In this document: in pieces, positions 10,049-21,366 of the stretch | Layout of the letters: the number at the start of each line of letters is the position of its first letter | Position numbering within the stretch: the stretch's first letter is position 1 | Assembly: GCA_963806535.1 (NCBI GenBank) | Contig: CAWDYC010000004.1 | Location: 96,001 to 160,000, forward strand | Length of the DNA: 64,000 bases | Origin: Candidatus Bathyarchaeota archaeon | Lineage (GTDB): Archaea > Thermoproteota > Bathyarchaeia > Bathyarchaeales > Bathycorpusculaceae | Direction: 5' to 3' | Notes under the pieces: generated by a model | What the model was told of the DNA's origin: nothing | Seen by the model: the letters and a program-made list of their open reading frames with translations, nothing else | Database searches by the model: none | Position numbers and translations under genes: made by a program

Positions 10049-13000
10049 ATGGTTTCACTCTTGTTGAGTGAGCAATGGCGGAGAAAACCGTGGCAGATCG
10101 AGCTTCAGAAAAATCCAGAAATATTCACTGTTAAAGAGAATGTACCTGTAGCGAAGCCTCCTATAACCGCTGAAGAAGCATTAACTCTGCCCGCAACTGA
10201 AGTGCTTTCTCGTTTGGCGACTTCAACGCAAGGTCTTAATTCGGAGGACGCAACTGAGCGTTTAAACGTTTATGGTACTAATGAGCTGGCGCATAAACAA
10301 AAGCGTACTGGCATAGTTAGTTTTCTTTTGCATTTTAAGAGTCCTCTAATCATAATTCTATTAATTGCCGCTTCTATAGCTGGAGCTTTAGGTGACCTTT
10401 CAGATTTTACCATCATTTTCGTTATCGTCATCATCAGTGTAAGCATCGATCACTACCAAGAATCAAAAGCTGAAAACGCTGCTGAATTGCTTAAAGAAAA
10501 AGTCTCAACCACAGCCACAGTGCTTCGAGATAACACCAAACATGGAGATTAAACTATCACAAATTGTTCCTGGAGACATAATATCTCTTTCAGCTGGTGA
10601 CATTGCCCCTGCAGACGCAAGAATTATTGCAGCGAAAGATTTTTTCATAAATCAAAGCTCGTTAACTGGCGAATCTTTTCCAGTTGAAAAAAATGCTAAT
10701 CCCTTAACATCTTTGAATTTAGCAAATAGCTCCATCACTGAATGGAACAATTACCTGTTTATGGGTACCTCAGTTGTCAGCGGATCCGCTAATGCGGTTG
10801 TAGTTAAAACTGGCGGCATGACTGAATACGGGAAAATCGCTAAGAAACTGGTTGCAAAGCCTCCTGAAACCGAGTTTGAACGAGGCATAAAAGGATTCAG
10901 CTATCTCATAATGCAAATCACTTTCATATTGATAATTTTTGTTTTTCTTGTAAATGCTTTGTTTAGGCATGGTTTAGTTGATTCATTGCTGTTTGCTGCC
11001 GCTCTTGCAGTCGGATTAACGCCTGAACTTCTGCCCATGATCATTACGATGAACCTTTCAAGAGGCGCCATAAACATGTCGCGAAAAGGTGTCATCGTTA
11101 AGCATTTGCCTTCCATAGAAAACTTTGGCAGCATGAACGTTTTGTGCACAGACAAAACAGGCACACTTACTGAAAACCGAATCACTTTGGTTTTGCATGT
11201 TGATTGGGAAGGACACGATGATGACAAAGTCTTATTGTATTCCTACTTGAACAGTTACTATCAAACAGGCTTGAAAAGTCCACTTGATGAAGCAATCCTT
11301 GTCCATAAGGAAACGGGTATGGAAGGATATCAGAAAATCGATGAGGTTCCATTTGACTTTATTCGAAGAAGAGTTTCTGTTATCGTTGAAAAAGATAGAC
11401 AACGATTTTTAATAGTTAAAGGTGCACCAGAAGAAATTTTGAAGGTTTCAGAATTTTGCGAGCTAAACGGTTTAGTTTCTGACGTTAGCGAGGAACTGCG
11501 CAAAAAAATTGAGCAGAAATATTTTGACTTAAGTTCTGAAGGCTTAAGAGTTCTAGGAGTTGCTTACAAAAAACTTCGAGAAGAAAAAACTACTTACTCA
11601 GTCAATGACGAAAAAGACATGGTTTTTCTTGGCTTTGTTGCTTTTCTTGACCCGCCTAAACAAACCGCTAAAGAATCATTGGAGCTTTTAGCTAAAGAAG
11701 GCATTGAGCTAAAAATTCTAACTGGTGACAATGAACTTGTTACCCGAAAAATCTGCGAGCAACTTGGCTTTGAAATAAAAGGTGTAGTTCTTGGAACTGA
11801 TATTGCCCAGATGCATGATGATGCTTTAGCTCGTGTTGTTGAGGAAGCTAATGTTTTTGCAAGGGTAAATCCAGTTCAAAAAGACCGAATAATCAATTTA
11901 CTAAAAGATAACGGGCATGTTGTCGGGTTTATGGGTGACGGCATCAACGATGCTCCTTCACTTAAAACCTCAGATGTCGGCGTTTCAGTCAATAATGCGG
12001 TTGATGTTGCAAAAGAATCAGCAGATATTATTTTGCTGGAAAATGACTTGACCGTTCTTGCCCAAGGTGTGTTGGAAGGAAGGAAAACTTTCGGCAACAC
12101 CATGAAATATGTTATGATGGGCATAAGCTCCAACTTCGGAAACATGTTCAGTGTAGCTGGCGCCTCGCTGTTTTTGCCTTTCCTTCCTATGTTGCCTGTT
12201 CAAATTCTATTAAACAATCTGCTTTACACGCTTTCTCAGACCACTATAACATCTGATAACGTTGATGATGAGTACATTGAACGACCAAAGCGATGGGATA
12301 TTTCATTTATCAGAAATTTCATGATTGTTGAGGGACCAATTAGCTCGATTTTTGATTATCTTAACATTTTTCCTTATGCTGTTTGTCATCGTTCCTATGT
12401 TTGCGTTTTTGCCTCAGCTACAAAGGGAGCATTTGTTCCAGACCGCGTGGTTTGTGGAGTCTCTGTGTACTCAGACTTTGGTTGTGTTTATCATTCGAAC
12501 AAGGACTTCGCCGTTCTACAAGAGTAAACCTGGCAAGTACTTGGTCTTTAGCTGTCTTGCTGTTGTTGCCATAGCTTTAATTCTACCTTACACAGAGGTT
12601 GGCAAAATATTCAGCTTCTATCCTCCTCCACTTGCTTTCTACGCTGCTTTGGCGCTTATGATAGCGGCCTACCTGTTTCTAGCTGAAGTTGTGAAAAAAT
12701 GGTTCTACAAACGATTTGCTTTCAGAATTGAGCAGGCTTTGGTTCCCAGAAGAAAAGGCTTCTATCTAAGCAAGAATGCACGGTTGGTGCAGGATATAGC
12801 TGCAGTTGTGTGTTTGCGTGAAGAAAACGAAATTTCACTTGATTCTCTGCTTGAAGATCTATCCAGAAGCTTAAACTATCCTATTGATTCAGACCGAGTT
12901 TACCAAAATCTTCAGCATCTTCGCCGAGGCGGCTTAATTGACGTAGACTGGCATAATCGAGTAATCAAAAGAACCGGACCAATCAAAGAATACATTACAA

Positions 13001-13131
13001 AACAGGTTGTTTCCAGCCGTATGTGGCCTTTAATTTCAGATGATTGGATACGCATAAACAAATCGATTCAAGACAAATACGGCAAAGTCAACCCTGACTT
13101 CCAAGACCTTCTATCGCCAAGAAAAAGTTAA
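10049..13131 (+). CDS. mgtA: Mg2+-transporting P-type ATPase (frameshifts near 10540 and 12360) with extra C-terminal domain
   Basis: DKTGT, TGES, GLTPELLP, KIDEVPFDF, GDGINDAP, SSNFGNMFS. Confidence 0.9.
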
Positions 13132-13470
13132 GCAGCTGCGTGCGAATTACGGATTTTATTTGTTTCATTTGATAAGCTGAAATGATACTTTTTGTGTTAC
13201 TGTTTTTCAAAATAGGTCAAATGGTTTCATGATCTGGGAGTCTAGTGTTTTTCTATTTTGGTGTGGTTTGGTCGTGGTAAACTATCTTTTCAGTTTCATT
13301 TGAGAGTTTTTGATTTTCTTATGTTAAATTATCTTCATTTTGTCTTCCTTGAAATTCAAAATAAGAGGGAGCATATGGGCGGTTGATTATTCTTTGTAGG
13401 TAATGAAAACTGAGTGGCATTACAAGTAAATTTATCTACTTGCATACATGTTCATTGGGTGGTTATTTTG

Positions 13471-13679
13471 ATGCCAGAAACAACAACAATTCGAGTTTCA
13501 AAAAAACCGCCGAAGCCCTTGTGCAACTTAAAGAAAAACTAACCGCAGAAAGCCTCGACGAAGCAATACAATCACTAGTCAAGAAACAACGCAACACAAT
13601 TTTAGAAAAAGCCTTCAGCATAGATTCCACAAGAATATCGTCTTTTTCGGAGGAAGACCGCGGTGAAGACCGTAATTGA
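13471..13679 (+). CDS. VapB-type antitoxin (homopolymer frameshift near 13500)
   Basis: MPETTTIRVSK(K)TAEALVQLK... RHH-like; overlaps PIN toxin start. Confidence 0.75.
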
Positions 13680-14068
13680 CTCATACGCTTGGATCGAACT
13701 CTTTATCGGAAGCACAAAAGGCAGAAAAGTCAAAGAAATAATAGAAAATGCTGATGAAATTTACAAGACTGACACTTCTTTGGCAGAGATAGCCCGCAAA
13801 TACATTCGAGAAGGCATTGAAGAAAAAATAGTCACCGCGCGGCTAAATCAAATAGTTAGGGCTTCAACCATAACTTGCTTGGATGCTAAACTGGCGTTGA
13901 AATTCAGCTAGATGCTATATTGAGCTTGCAGATAATGCTCGAAAAACAAAGTTAAGTACGTCCAGTCTTTTTGATGCAATAATTTTAGCAATCGGCAGGT
14001 CGCTTGAAGCAAAGATTGTGACTGGAGATGAGCACTTTAAATCCTTGCCCGAAACAATTTGGATATAG
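13663..14068 (+). CDS. vapC: VapC PIN-domain toxin (frameshift near 13903)
   Basis: VIDSYAWIE; second frame SLFDAIILA...IVTGDEHFKSL. Confidence 0.85.
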
Positions 14069-14103
14069 CCAAAACTAAAACAGAAAAAGTTAAATGCAAA
14101 TTG

Positions 14104-15112
14104 CTAACGCGCCAAAGCAATCCATAAATGGTCTGAAACTGGTCTTGGCAGCATCTCAGCCGAATCGTCACTATGCATCAAAATGCGTTTGTTTGGGTTC
14201 GGATTGAATTCGCCTATTACGTCAGCGTAAATATGCTCTTGACCTAAAGCATCCAATATTTTGTCTGCAGATTCCGGCTCAGCAGCTATCAGTAGCGCGC
14301 CTGAACTAATCAGTTGCAGCGGGTCAATCTCGTAGTATCGGCAAATTTTGGCGGTTTCAGGTTCAACAGTTATTTTTTCTTGAAAAACTCGGATGCCTAA
14401 GCCCGCAGCGTCTGCCATCTCGTGAATGCCATTTAATATTCCGCCTTCAGTTGGATCATGCATGGCGTGGACTCCGCCTGTTCTGTAAGCGGTTAAGGCA
14501 TCTTTCACTACGCTTATTTGATTAAAGAAATGTTTGGCGCTATCAAGCATTTCAGGGTTAAAGACTTTTGAAAGTTGTTCTTCACGATCAGAAGCCAAAA
14601 TTGCTGTGCCTTCAATTCCAGCGCTCTTCGTTAAGATCAGTTTGTCTCCTGTTTTAGCGCCTGCCGCAGTTACGTATTTGCCTTTTTCTGTTAAGCCCAT
14701 GATGCAGCCGACAACGATGGGATTAGCTAAACCAGGTGTTGATTCGCAGTGTCCACCCACGATGGCTATTCCAAGTTCTTTTGCTGCCATATGCATTTGC
14801 GTGCTTATGGTTTCAACTATTTTGCTGTCCGCGTTTTCTGGCAGAAGGAGGCATGAGAAGAAAAAGGCTGGTTCAACCCCGAAAGTGGCAACGTCGTTAG
14901 CGTTTATGTTGATGGCTTCCCAGCCGATGCGTTCAACTGCCCCCGTGATGGGATCCATTGAAACAATAGCGTTTTTGTTTCCAACATCTAAAACAGCGCC
15001 ATCTACTCCAGCGGCTGGACCTAAAACGACTTCGCCACGTTCGTGCGCCTAAGTTTTTGAATACAACTTCTTTTAGAATATCTATGGGGATTTTTCCAGG
15101 CGGCAGCTTCAT
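14104..15112 (-). CDS. AIR synthase/HypE/ThiL-superfamily protein (frameshift near 15045)
   Basis: MKLPPGKIP, DPITGA, NANDVAT, VGGHCE, MHDPTEGG. Confidence 0.85.
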
Positions 15113-15125
15113 AACTTATCCTCTG

Positions 15126-15687
15126 TTAAATCGAGCTTTTAAGCTGTGGGAAAACGCGCAAAACCGCATGCATCACTGGTACAGCAACTACTAAGCCAAT
15201 TAGCATCTGAACAATGTTGAAGGGAACTTCAATCGCCGCCAAAGCGAAAGGATAACCCAGGACAAGAGTTTCGTAGAGGAAGTATCCTAAAACCATCTCA
15301 AAACCGGCAATAACAATTGCTATTGTGGCGCTGATCGTGATGTTTTTGATTTTTTGGTTTATTTTCTTATATAGAAAGCCGACAAGAAAGCCTTCGATAG
15401 CTTTAATTGTAAACGTGCCGGGTGCAAACTGTGCTGCTACAAGGGCGTCGGCGATCGTTGCTCCGGCACCTGCTACGGCGCCAACTAATGGTCCAAACAA
15501 GCAAGGCTGCTACATAGATGAGTGTCTCGCCAAGATTGAAGTATCCGCTGGTAGCGGGAATTGGAACTACAAACAAAAGTGTGGCTGCCGCGACGAGTGC
15601 TGCAAAGATGGCGGCTGCTGCAATCTTGAATGCTGCTGATGGGGCAAAGCCTGTGGAATCGGTGCTGGGCTTTTGTTTGTTACTCAT
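15126..15687 (-). CDS. ECF transporter S component (frameshift near 15500)
   Basis: IPATSGYFNLGETLIY..LLFGP..GA pattern, multiple TM helices. Confidence 0.85.
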
Positions 15688-15779
15688 TACTTCACAGCCT
15701 AAGGTTTCAGGGGCTATTTTATTTGACAGGCGCATATAAAAGTATAATCGCCGACTTGCTTGAAACTTTAATGTTTTTG

Positions 15780-15873
15780 AAAGAACAACAGTTACTGTTG
15801 GCTCCGGGTATTATTCTTCTTTGATAGAAGAAGTAGGAAGGCTGGAATTAGCACCTGTGCCCTACTTCTTCTA
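15780..15873. repeat. Tandem hairpin pair, copy A of dispersed repeat
   Basis: AGAAGAAGTAGG/CCTACTTCTTCT perfect stem; 33-nt core 15822-15854 is 31/33 identical to 57382-57414. Confidence 0.85.
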
Positions 15874-15967
15874 AGCTTAGGTTGAAATGCATCTAAAAAC
15901 CAAACAGCAAAAGAGGAAAATCTAAATGGAAGTTCACGGCAAAATAAACACGACAGAGTGACAAGTC

Positions 15968-16370
15968 ATGACCGAAAGAGAAGACCCAATAAAAATGCAT
16001 AAACAAGGAATTTCCCTAATGGAAAACGGCAAATATGAAGAAGCCAAGAGACATCTTCATCAGAACCGCTGAACTATACTATAAAGGACAAAACTATTTT
16101 GGCGCAGCAGAAATGTACTACAAAGCCGGCGAAGCAGCTGTAGCCCTAAAAGACTGTGCGAAAGGTGCCGAGCTCTTTATGAAATCCGCTGAAGTCGCGT
16201 TTAGCAAAGCCTTTGACAGATACGGCTTAAGCGGACTTGAACAAGCTAGAGACTGCCAAAAAACTTTGGGTAACACGAAAGAAGTAGAGGAACTTAAAAA
16301 GAAAATCAAGGAAATCAACGACAAACAAAAAGAACCCGAAGGCGAATCAACATTCTCAGTATTCTCTTAA
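15968..16370 (+). CDS. TPR/SNAP-like helical repeat protein (frameshift near 16048)
   Basis: MTEREDPIKMHKQGISLMENGKYEEAK joined to ORF 16035-16370. Confidence 0.65.
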
Positions 16371-16479
16371 AATCTCTATTTGCCAATAGAGATCGTTTAA
16401 GCTTAGTTTTACCCCAAATTTTCATTATTTTAGTTTTAGAGAAACAGCTTGTTTGATGGTTTTTTGTACAGTTTTTTAT

Positions 16480-17019
16480 AAAAAACCTAGCAGAATACCT
16501 GCCGCGTTAGCGGCAGGATGAATGCGTCTAACCCGCAGTTCTATTAGTTCTACCAAACGATAGGTCTGTCACCATTAGATAAGGAGGTGAGAGACCTGGA
16601 GAAAGCAAGATCATGTGCCTACCAAGCCAACTACCACCTTATCTGGGCCACTAAATACCGGCGCAAGGTACTTTTGGGCTCAGTTGAGGTTAGATTGGAG
16701 GAAGTACTTAAAACGATTGCTACTAATCACGGCTTTCAACTGCTAGCTGCTAAAGTTCATCATGGCGATCATATTCATGTGTTTGTTTCTGCTCGTCCAA
16801 AGCTTTGTATACCTGAGATGGTGCGTGTTTTGAAGTGTAATTCTTCTAAACTGCTGTTTGAGGAGTTTCCTGAAATTAGGTTGCAGCTTTGGGGTGGGCA
16901 TTTGTGGTCTGAGGGTTATGCTGTAAGGACTGCAGGCGTTGTTACTAGTGCGAAAATAGAAGAATATATCAACAAAAATTAGATGTGGATGCTCGCCTCG
17001 GAAGAGGCGAGTACTTCAC
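16480..17019 (+). mobile_element. IS200/IS605-family element, tnpA-only (~540 bp)
   Basis: Left hairpin CCTGCCGC-GTTA-GCGGCAGG (16498-16517) preceded by GAAT and upstream TTAT; right hairpin CTCGCCTC-GGAA-GAGGCGAG (16992-17011) flanked by GGAT and TCAC; exact ends inferred. Confidence 0.85.
16587..16982 (+). CDS. tnpA: IS200-family Y1 (HUH) transposase
   Basis: YHLIWATKYRR, DHIH (HUH), LWSEGY, IEEYI catalytic Tyr. Confidence 0.95.
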   Translation: MRDLEKARSCAYQANYHLIWATKYRRKVLLGSVEVRLEEVLKTIATNHGFQLLAAKVHHGDHIHVFVSARPKLCIPEMVRVLKCNSSKLLFEEFPEIRLQLWGGHLWSEGYAVRTAGVVTSAKIEEYINKN

Positions 17020-17248
17020 TTTTTAAGTTGCTTTTTTGTAACAGATTTTAGTTTCTTTGCAGGTTGAGTCAAAAAAAGATCAAGGCAAATTGTGAGGAAG
17101 CAAAAGCCAACAACAGGATAATTCTGTTTTTGCAGCAAATTTATGGAACTGTTTTTTCTAACCAAAAGGATTGACCGAGTCAGTATTTGAGATTCATAAT
17201 GGATTTATTGCGAGTTTCAACAACAGTGTTTAAATTGGAGCCTTAGCT

Positions 17249-17597
17249 GTGCAAAAGTCTCAACAAAATGATAGAATTAACGTTAATATTGCAGAGTTAG
17301 AATCTTCAAACAAACAGAAAAGAATACGTGTTTTGCATGTTGACGATGACCAATGCATACTTGAAGTCTCAAAACAAATCCTAAATGATACGGGAAACTT
17401 TGAAATTGACTCAGCCAACAGCGTCGACGAAGGCTTCAAGAAACTATCAGCTGATCAATATGATGTTGTAATTTGATTTTCACATGCATCAAAAGGACGG
17501 TTTGCAATTTCTAAAAGAGTTACGCGAACAAAACAACGATATCCCCTTCGTATTGTTCACTGGAAAAGGAAGAGAAGAATTAGCAATAACAGCGCTC
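17249..17597 (+). pseudogene. Truncated receiver (REC) domain protein
   Basis: IRVLHVDDD...DVVI* then KDGLQFLKELR...FTGKGREE; phospho-Asp region disrupted, 3' end lost. Confidence 0.75.
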
Positions 17598-17822
17598 TAC
17601 GTCTCCTTCGACGTATTTTGCAACTTTCGCAGGATCAAAGTTATCAATTGCTTTTCTAAAAGCGTCTCTCTTCTTGAGTATTATCAATCAAGAAAGTCCT
17701 GCTTGAAAGCAGTCTAAAACCAAAAACTCAAACAACTTGTTATCGTCGTGGACGGGAACACCCCACTCTTTGTCATGGTAATTTATGTAAAGTGGATTGT
17801 CAGTGTTCCAGCATCTATTCAA
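17591..17822 (-). pseudogene. tag: DNA-3-methyladenine glycosylase I fragment (in-frame stop, truncated)
   Basis: Hand translation MNRCWNTDNPLYINYHDKEWGVPVHDDNKLFEFLVLDCFQAGLS*LIILKKRDAFRKAIDNFDPAKVA. Confidence 0.85.
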
Positions 17823-18140
17823 TTTAGCATTCAGGGACTATTTTCACATCACTCTATACTGCATACAATCGTTTTCAACAATCATTTTCTAACTAGATTT
17901 TGATTTAAATGTTTTTCATGATTGAATTGGACTTGTAATGCGCGCGAATATATCCCATATGCGATGGAGGATTTGAGTGAAGCTGGAAAAATTCAGGTTT
18001 CAAAACTTTCGAATAAGAAACAGATGACTTTCGACATATTCCGATTCTGGAAATACCCTTCTTAAGCTAGACAACCGACTTCTTGTTTGAGGAGAAAGGG
18101 GAGCTTCTCACTCAAAGAAACATATTGAGAGGTAAGACTT

Positions 18141-18239
18141 ATGATCGAAGAAATCTTTAACGAAATATTAGACAGTGAAGACGGGGACTATATCATCAAA
18201 GCTCAAGTGCTTGCAATTATGAAACCGGATGGCTGGTAA
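18141..18239 (+). CDS. Small hypothetical protein (32 aa)
   Basis: MIEEIFNEILDSEDGDYIIKAQVLAIMKPDGW*, GAGGT RBS upstream. Confidence 0.45.
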   Translation: MIEEIFNEILDSEDGDYIIKAQVLAIMKPDGW

Positions 18240-18461
18240 CACTTTACTGATACTCTAAAAGTGTTCACACTGCAAAATAGGCAGACAAGTTACTTTTATG
18301 ATACTTAATATTAATAGTTTCATCAATACTTCGTCAAATTCTCTTTGTTAGTTAAAAAACTAAAACTTCGTTCAGACCAAAAAAATATTGCTTCAAGTTG
18401 AAGTAAAAAACACCATAATTTACTTTATCTATTCTTGAAATGACTTAATCTTTCATCTTAA

Positions 18462-18584
18462 TTAAGCATGAATTTGTTGAGGTTCCATGCATGAGTAATG
18501 CTTAATATGGCATTCTTCTTTTGGGCATCCTTCACAGCTGCTAAAGTTTGCTTTCTGGCACGGTAATGTATAAGCGCGGTCCAT
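18462..18584 (-). CDS. Small Cys/His-rich protein (40 aa)
   Basis: MDRAYTLPCQKANFSSCEGCPKEECHIKHYSCMEPQQIHA*. Confidence 0.45.
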   Translation of the reverse strand: MDRAYTLPCQKANFSSCEGCPKEECHIKHYSCMEPQQIHA

Positions 18585-18745
18585 GATTTTTGTCACTTCC
18601 CTGTTTTTGTATTATATAGTGTGTCTTGATATATGAAGTTGCTTAAAAGTTTTACTAAAAATTGCTAAACAAACATTTTTCAATAATTAATTAAATAAGG
18701 AGCCTGCACGCTATTTCTAATAGAGAAAATTTTTCGGTTACTTTT

Positions 18746-20446
18746 ATGCCTGCACTATTCAAATCTCTCTCTGAACTTCTCGAAAAAGTAGAAGCAACAA
18801 AAAAACGGCTTGAAATCATAGATTTAACCGCAAACTACCTAAAAACGCTCAGTCCTGACGAAATCGAATCAGCCACAAACATGATGGTTGGCAGAGCCTT
18901 CCCAAAATACAGCCAAAAAACTTTGGATGTAAGCTGGTCAACCCTGACCCAAGTTTTAGAGCGAACAAGCCAGTTTGACTGGAACCTTTGGCGCCAAGCC
19001 ATGGCAACTACAGGCGACATCGGCTCAGCAACTAAAACCGTTCTTGAACAAACCAAAGCAAAAAAACAAATGCAACTCACAGAAAAATCCTTAACCATAA
19101 CCGAGGTCAGACGAGCCCTTGAAGCCATCGCTCAAGCCTCAGGCGCAGGCTCAAGAACAAGAAAAGAACGCCTAATAACTACTCTTTTTAGCCAAGCCAC
19201 TCCCGTTGAGGCCAAATATCTTGTCAAAATTTTCACAGGCGAAATGCGCACAGGACTTCATGAAGGACTTGATGGAGCAAGCCGTCGCCAAAGCCTTCGA
19301 TGTGCCTCTTCAAAAAGTGCAGCATGCAAGCATGGTACTAGGCGACATAGGCGAAGTAGCAGCAACGCTCAAAACCCAAGGCTTAGACGGCTTGGATAAA
19401 GCAGGCTTTAGCGTTTTTAGACCGGTTAAACTTATGCTTGCTCAGACAGCCCAAACAGTTGCTGAAGCGTTGACAGAGCATGGCGGCAAAACGGCTTTGG
19501 AATACAAGTACGATGGTGCAAGGGTTCAAATTCACAAGCAGAACGGCGAGGTGCAGGTTTTCAGCAGAAGACTTAGCAATGTGACGGAAAGTCTGCCAGA
19601 AATCGTTGAAATTATTAAACGCAACATCACAGCTCCTTCCGCGATTGTTGAAGGCGAAGTAGTCGCTATTGGACAGTGCTGGTTTCCCGATTGCGTTTCA
19701 ACATTTAATGCGCCGCTTCAAACGAACACGCGGCGTCGCAGATATGGCTCAGAGAATCCCATTAACTCTTTACCTGTTTGATATTCTCTACCTTAACGGT
19801 GAAAGCCTAATCGCAAAACCCTACATTGAGCGCAGAAAAATCTTAGCAGAAAACGCTGGAAAAATATCTCTCAAGCAAACAAATCATCACCGATAAAATC
19901 GAAGAAGCAGAGGGTTTTCTTAAAGAAGCCACAGCCGCGGGGCACGAAGGATTAATGGCGAAAAAACTTGACAGCCCATACACGCCTGGACGCAGAGGAA
20001 AAAAATGGTTGAAAATCAAAACAGTCCTCGAAACCTTAGACCTCGTAATCACGGCCGCTGAATATGGATATGGGAGACGAAAAGGCTGGCTCTCCGATTA
20101 CTACTTGGCGGCAAGAGACCCAGAAACAGGCGAATTTTTGAATCTGGGCAAAACTTTCAAGGGTTTAACCGACGCCGAAATCATCGAGATGACTAAGCAA
20201 TTAAAGGCTTCTGCAGTTGAGCAGGAAGGGCATCGTGTTGTGGTTATTCCCAAAATCGTGGTTGAAGTCACTTACAACGAGATTCAGAGGAGCCCCAAAT
20301 ACAAAAGCCAAATGGCGCTTCGGTTTGCACGAATCACCCGAATAAGAGACGACAAAACACCAGAAGAAGCCGACACAATCAACAAAGTTAAGGAAATCTA
20401 TGAAAGGCAGTTCAAGACAAAAGGCAATTTCCCAGAAATATATTGA
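18746..20446 (+). CDS. lig: ATP-dependent DNA ligase (about 3 frameshifts)
   Basis: EYKYDGARVQIH, EGLMAK, YTPGRRGKKWLKIK, ALRFARITRIRDDK. Confidence 0.95.
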
Positions 20447-21366
20447 TTTTGGTCAAGAGAATTTTGAATCAATAAAAAATTGAGAAAAGCTCGCGTTTTT
20501 CATTCCGTATTGAAATTTAACTTGCAGCATTGACATTCACGTTGTCGATTATGAAACCTGTGGCACCTTAAACTGCAGGAGGCAGATCAATCTCCGCTAA
20601 GTTGAATGGTTGACCTCCGGAATTAAGCGCCAGTATGCCTTCTGGATAAATATCCATGTCGTTTCAATGCCATTTGCAGTTGTTGGCGTTCCTATTATAA
20701 TCGAATTGGAATTAAGATACGCAGTAAGTCTCATTGTGCTCCTATTTGTTACGCCGCAACCAAATCCCAATTAACTAGGTCAGTATTAACAAAAAAATCT
20801 ACAATAACTCTGGGATGCAGAATCGAAATCTGTAATGTTTGAAGATTCATTAAAGTGTAAATTAAGAATCCTAATAGAAAAAGCTAATCAACAGAAAAAT
20901 TGTACCAAAGTTCTTTTCTGTTTCAACATCATATTGAGAATTAAAAAAGGAAAAAAGGAATTAAGTATATTGATACTTTGCTTTATAAGGATTGCAGAAA
21001 AAGAGATTTTGCTCTTCATTAGCTAACTTAGAATTTCTCGTTATGCGATAAAACGAAAACATTAAGATTCATTAAAGCAAAACCAACCATCCATAATAAT
21101 ATTGCATAAAACATTAAGTCGAAATAAGCAGGTAAACACCCTAAAGTCAGAAACATAACAGCGAAAGTACCCAGGATTTTTCCATTTTTTCGCAATTTGC
21201 TTCAACAATATTTAGCTGAACAATGAAAATAAGTCTTGTTAACAGAAAATATAGATTCTAAATATGTTTGCCTTTTTTCTAATGCTAAGATTTCACGATT
21301 GGGATACGATCTAATACAATCCAGATGATGCAGAGCAGAGATATATATTTGATATGGTCCTAACTA

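Noticed and set aside
17688-17690. In-frame TGA in tag as selenocysteine or Trp recoding
   Set aside because: It replaces a conserved Trp (TGG to TGA) in a gene that is also truncated; TGA is a normal stop elsewhere in the window
20500-21250. Fragmentary minus-strand reading frames (beta-rich and hydrophobic)
   Set aside because: Too degraded to assign by eye; probably gene remnants
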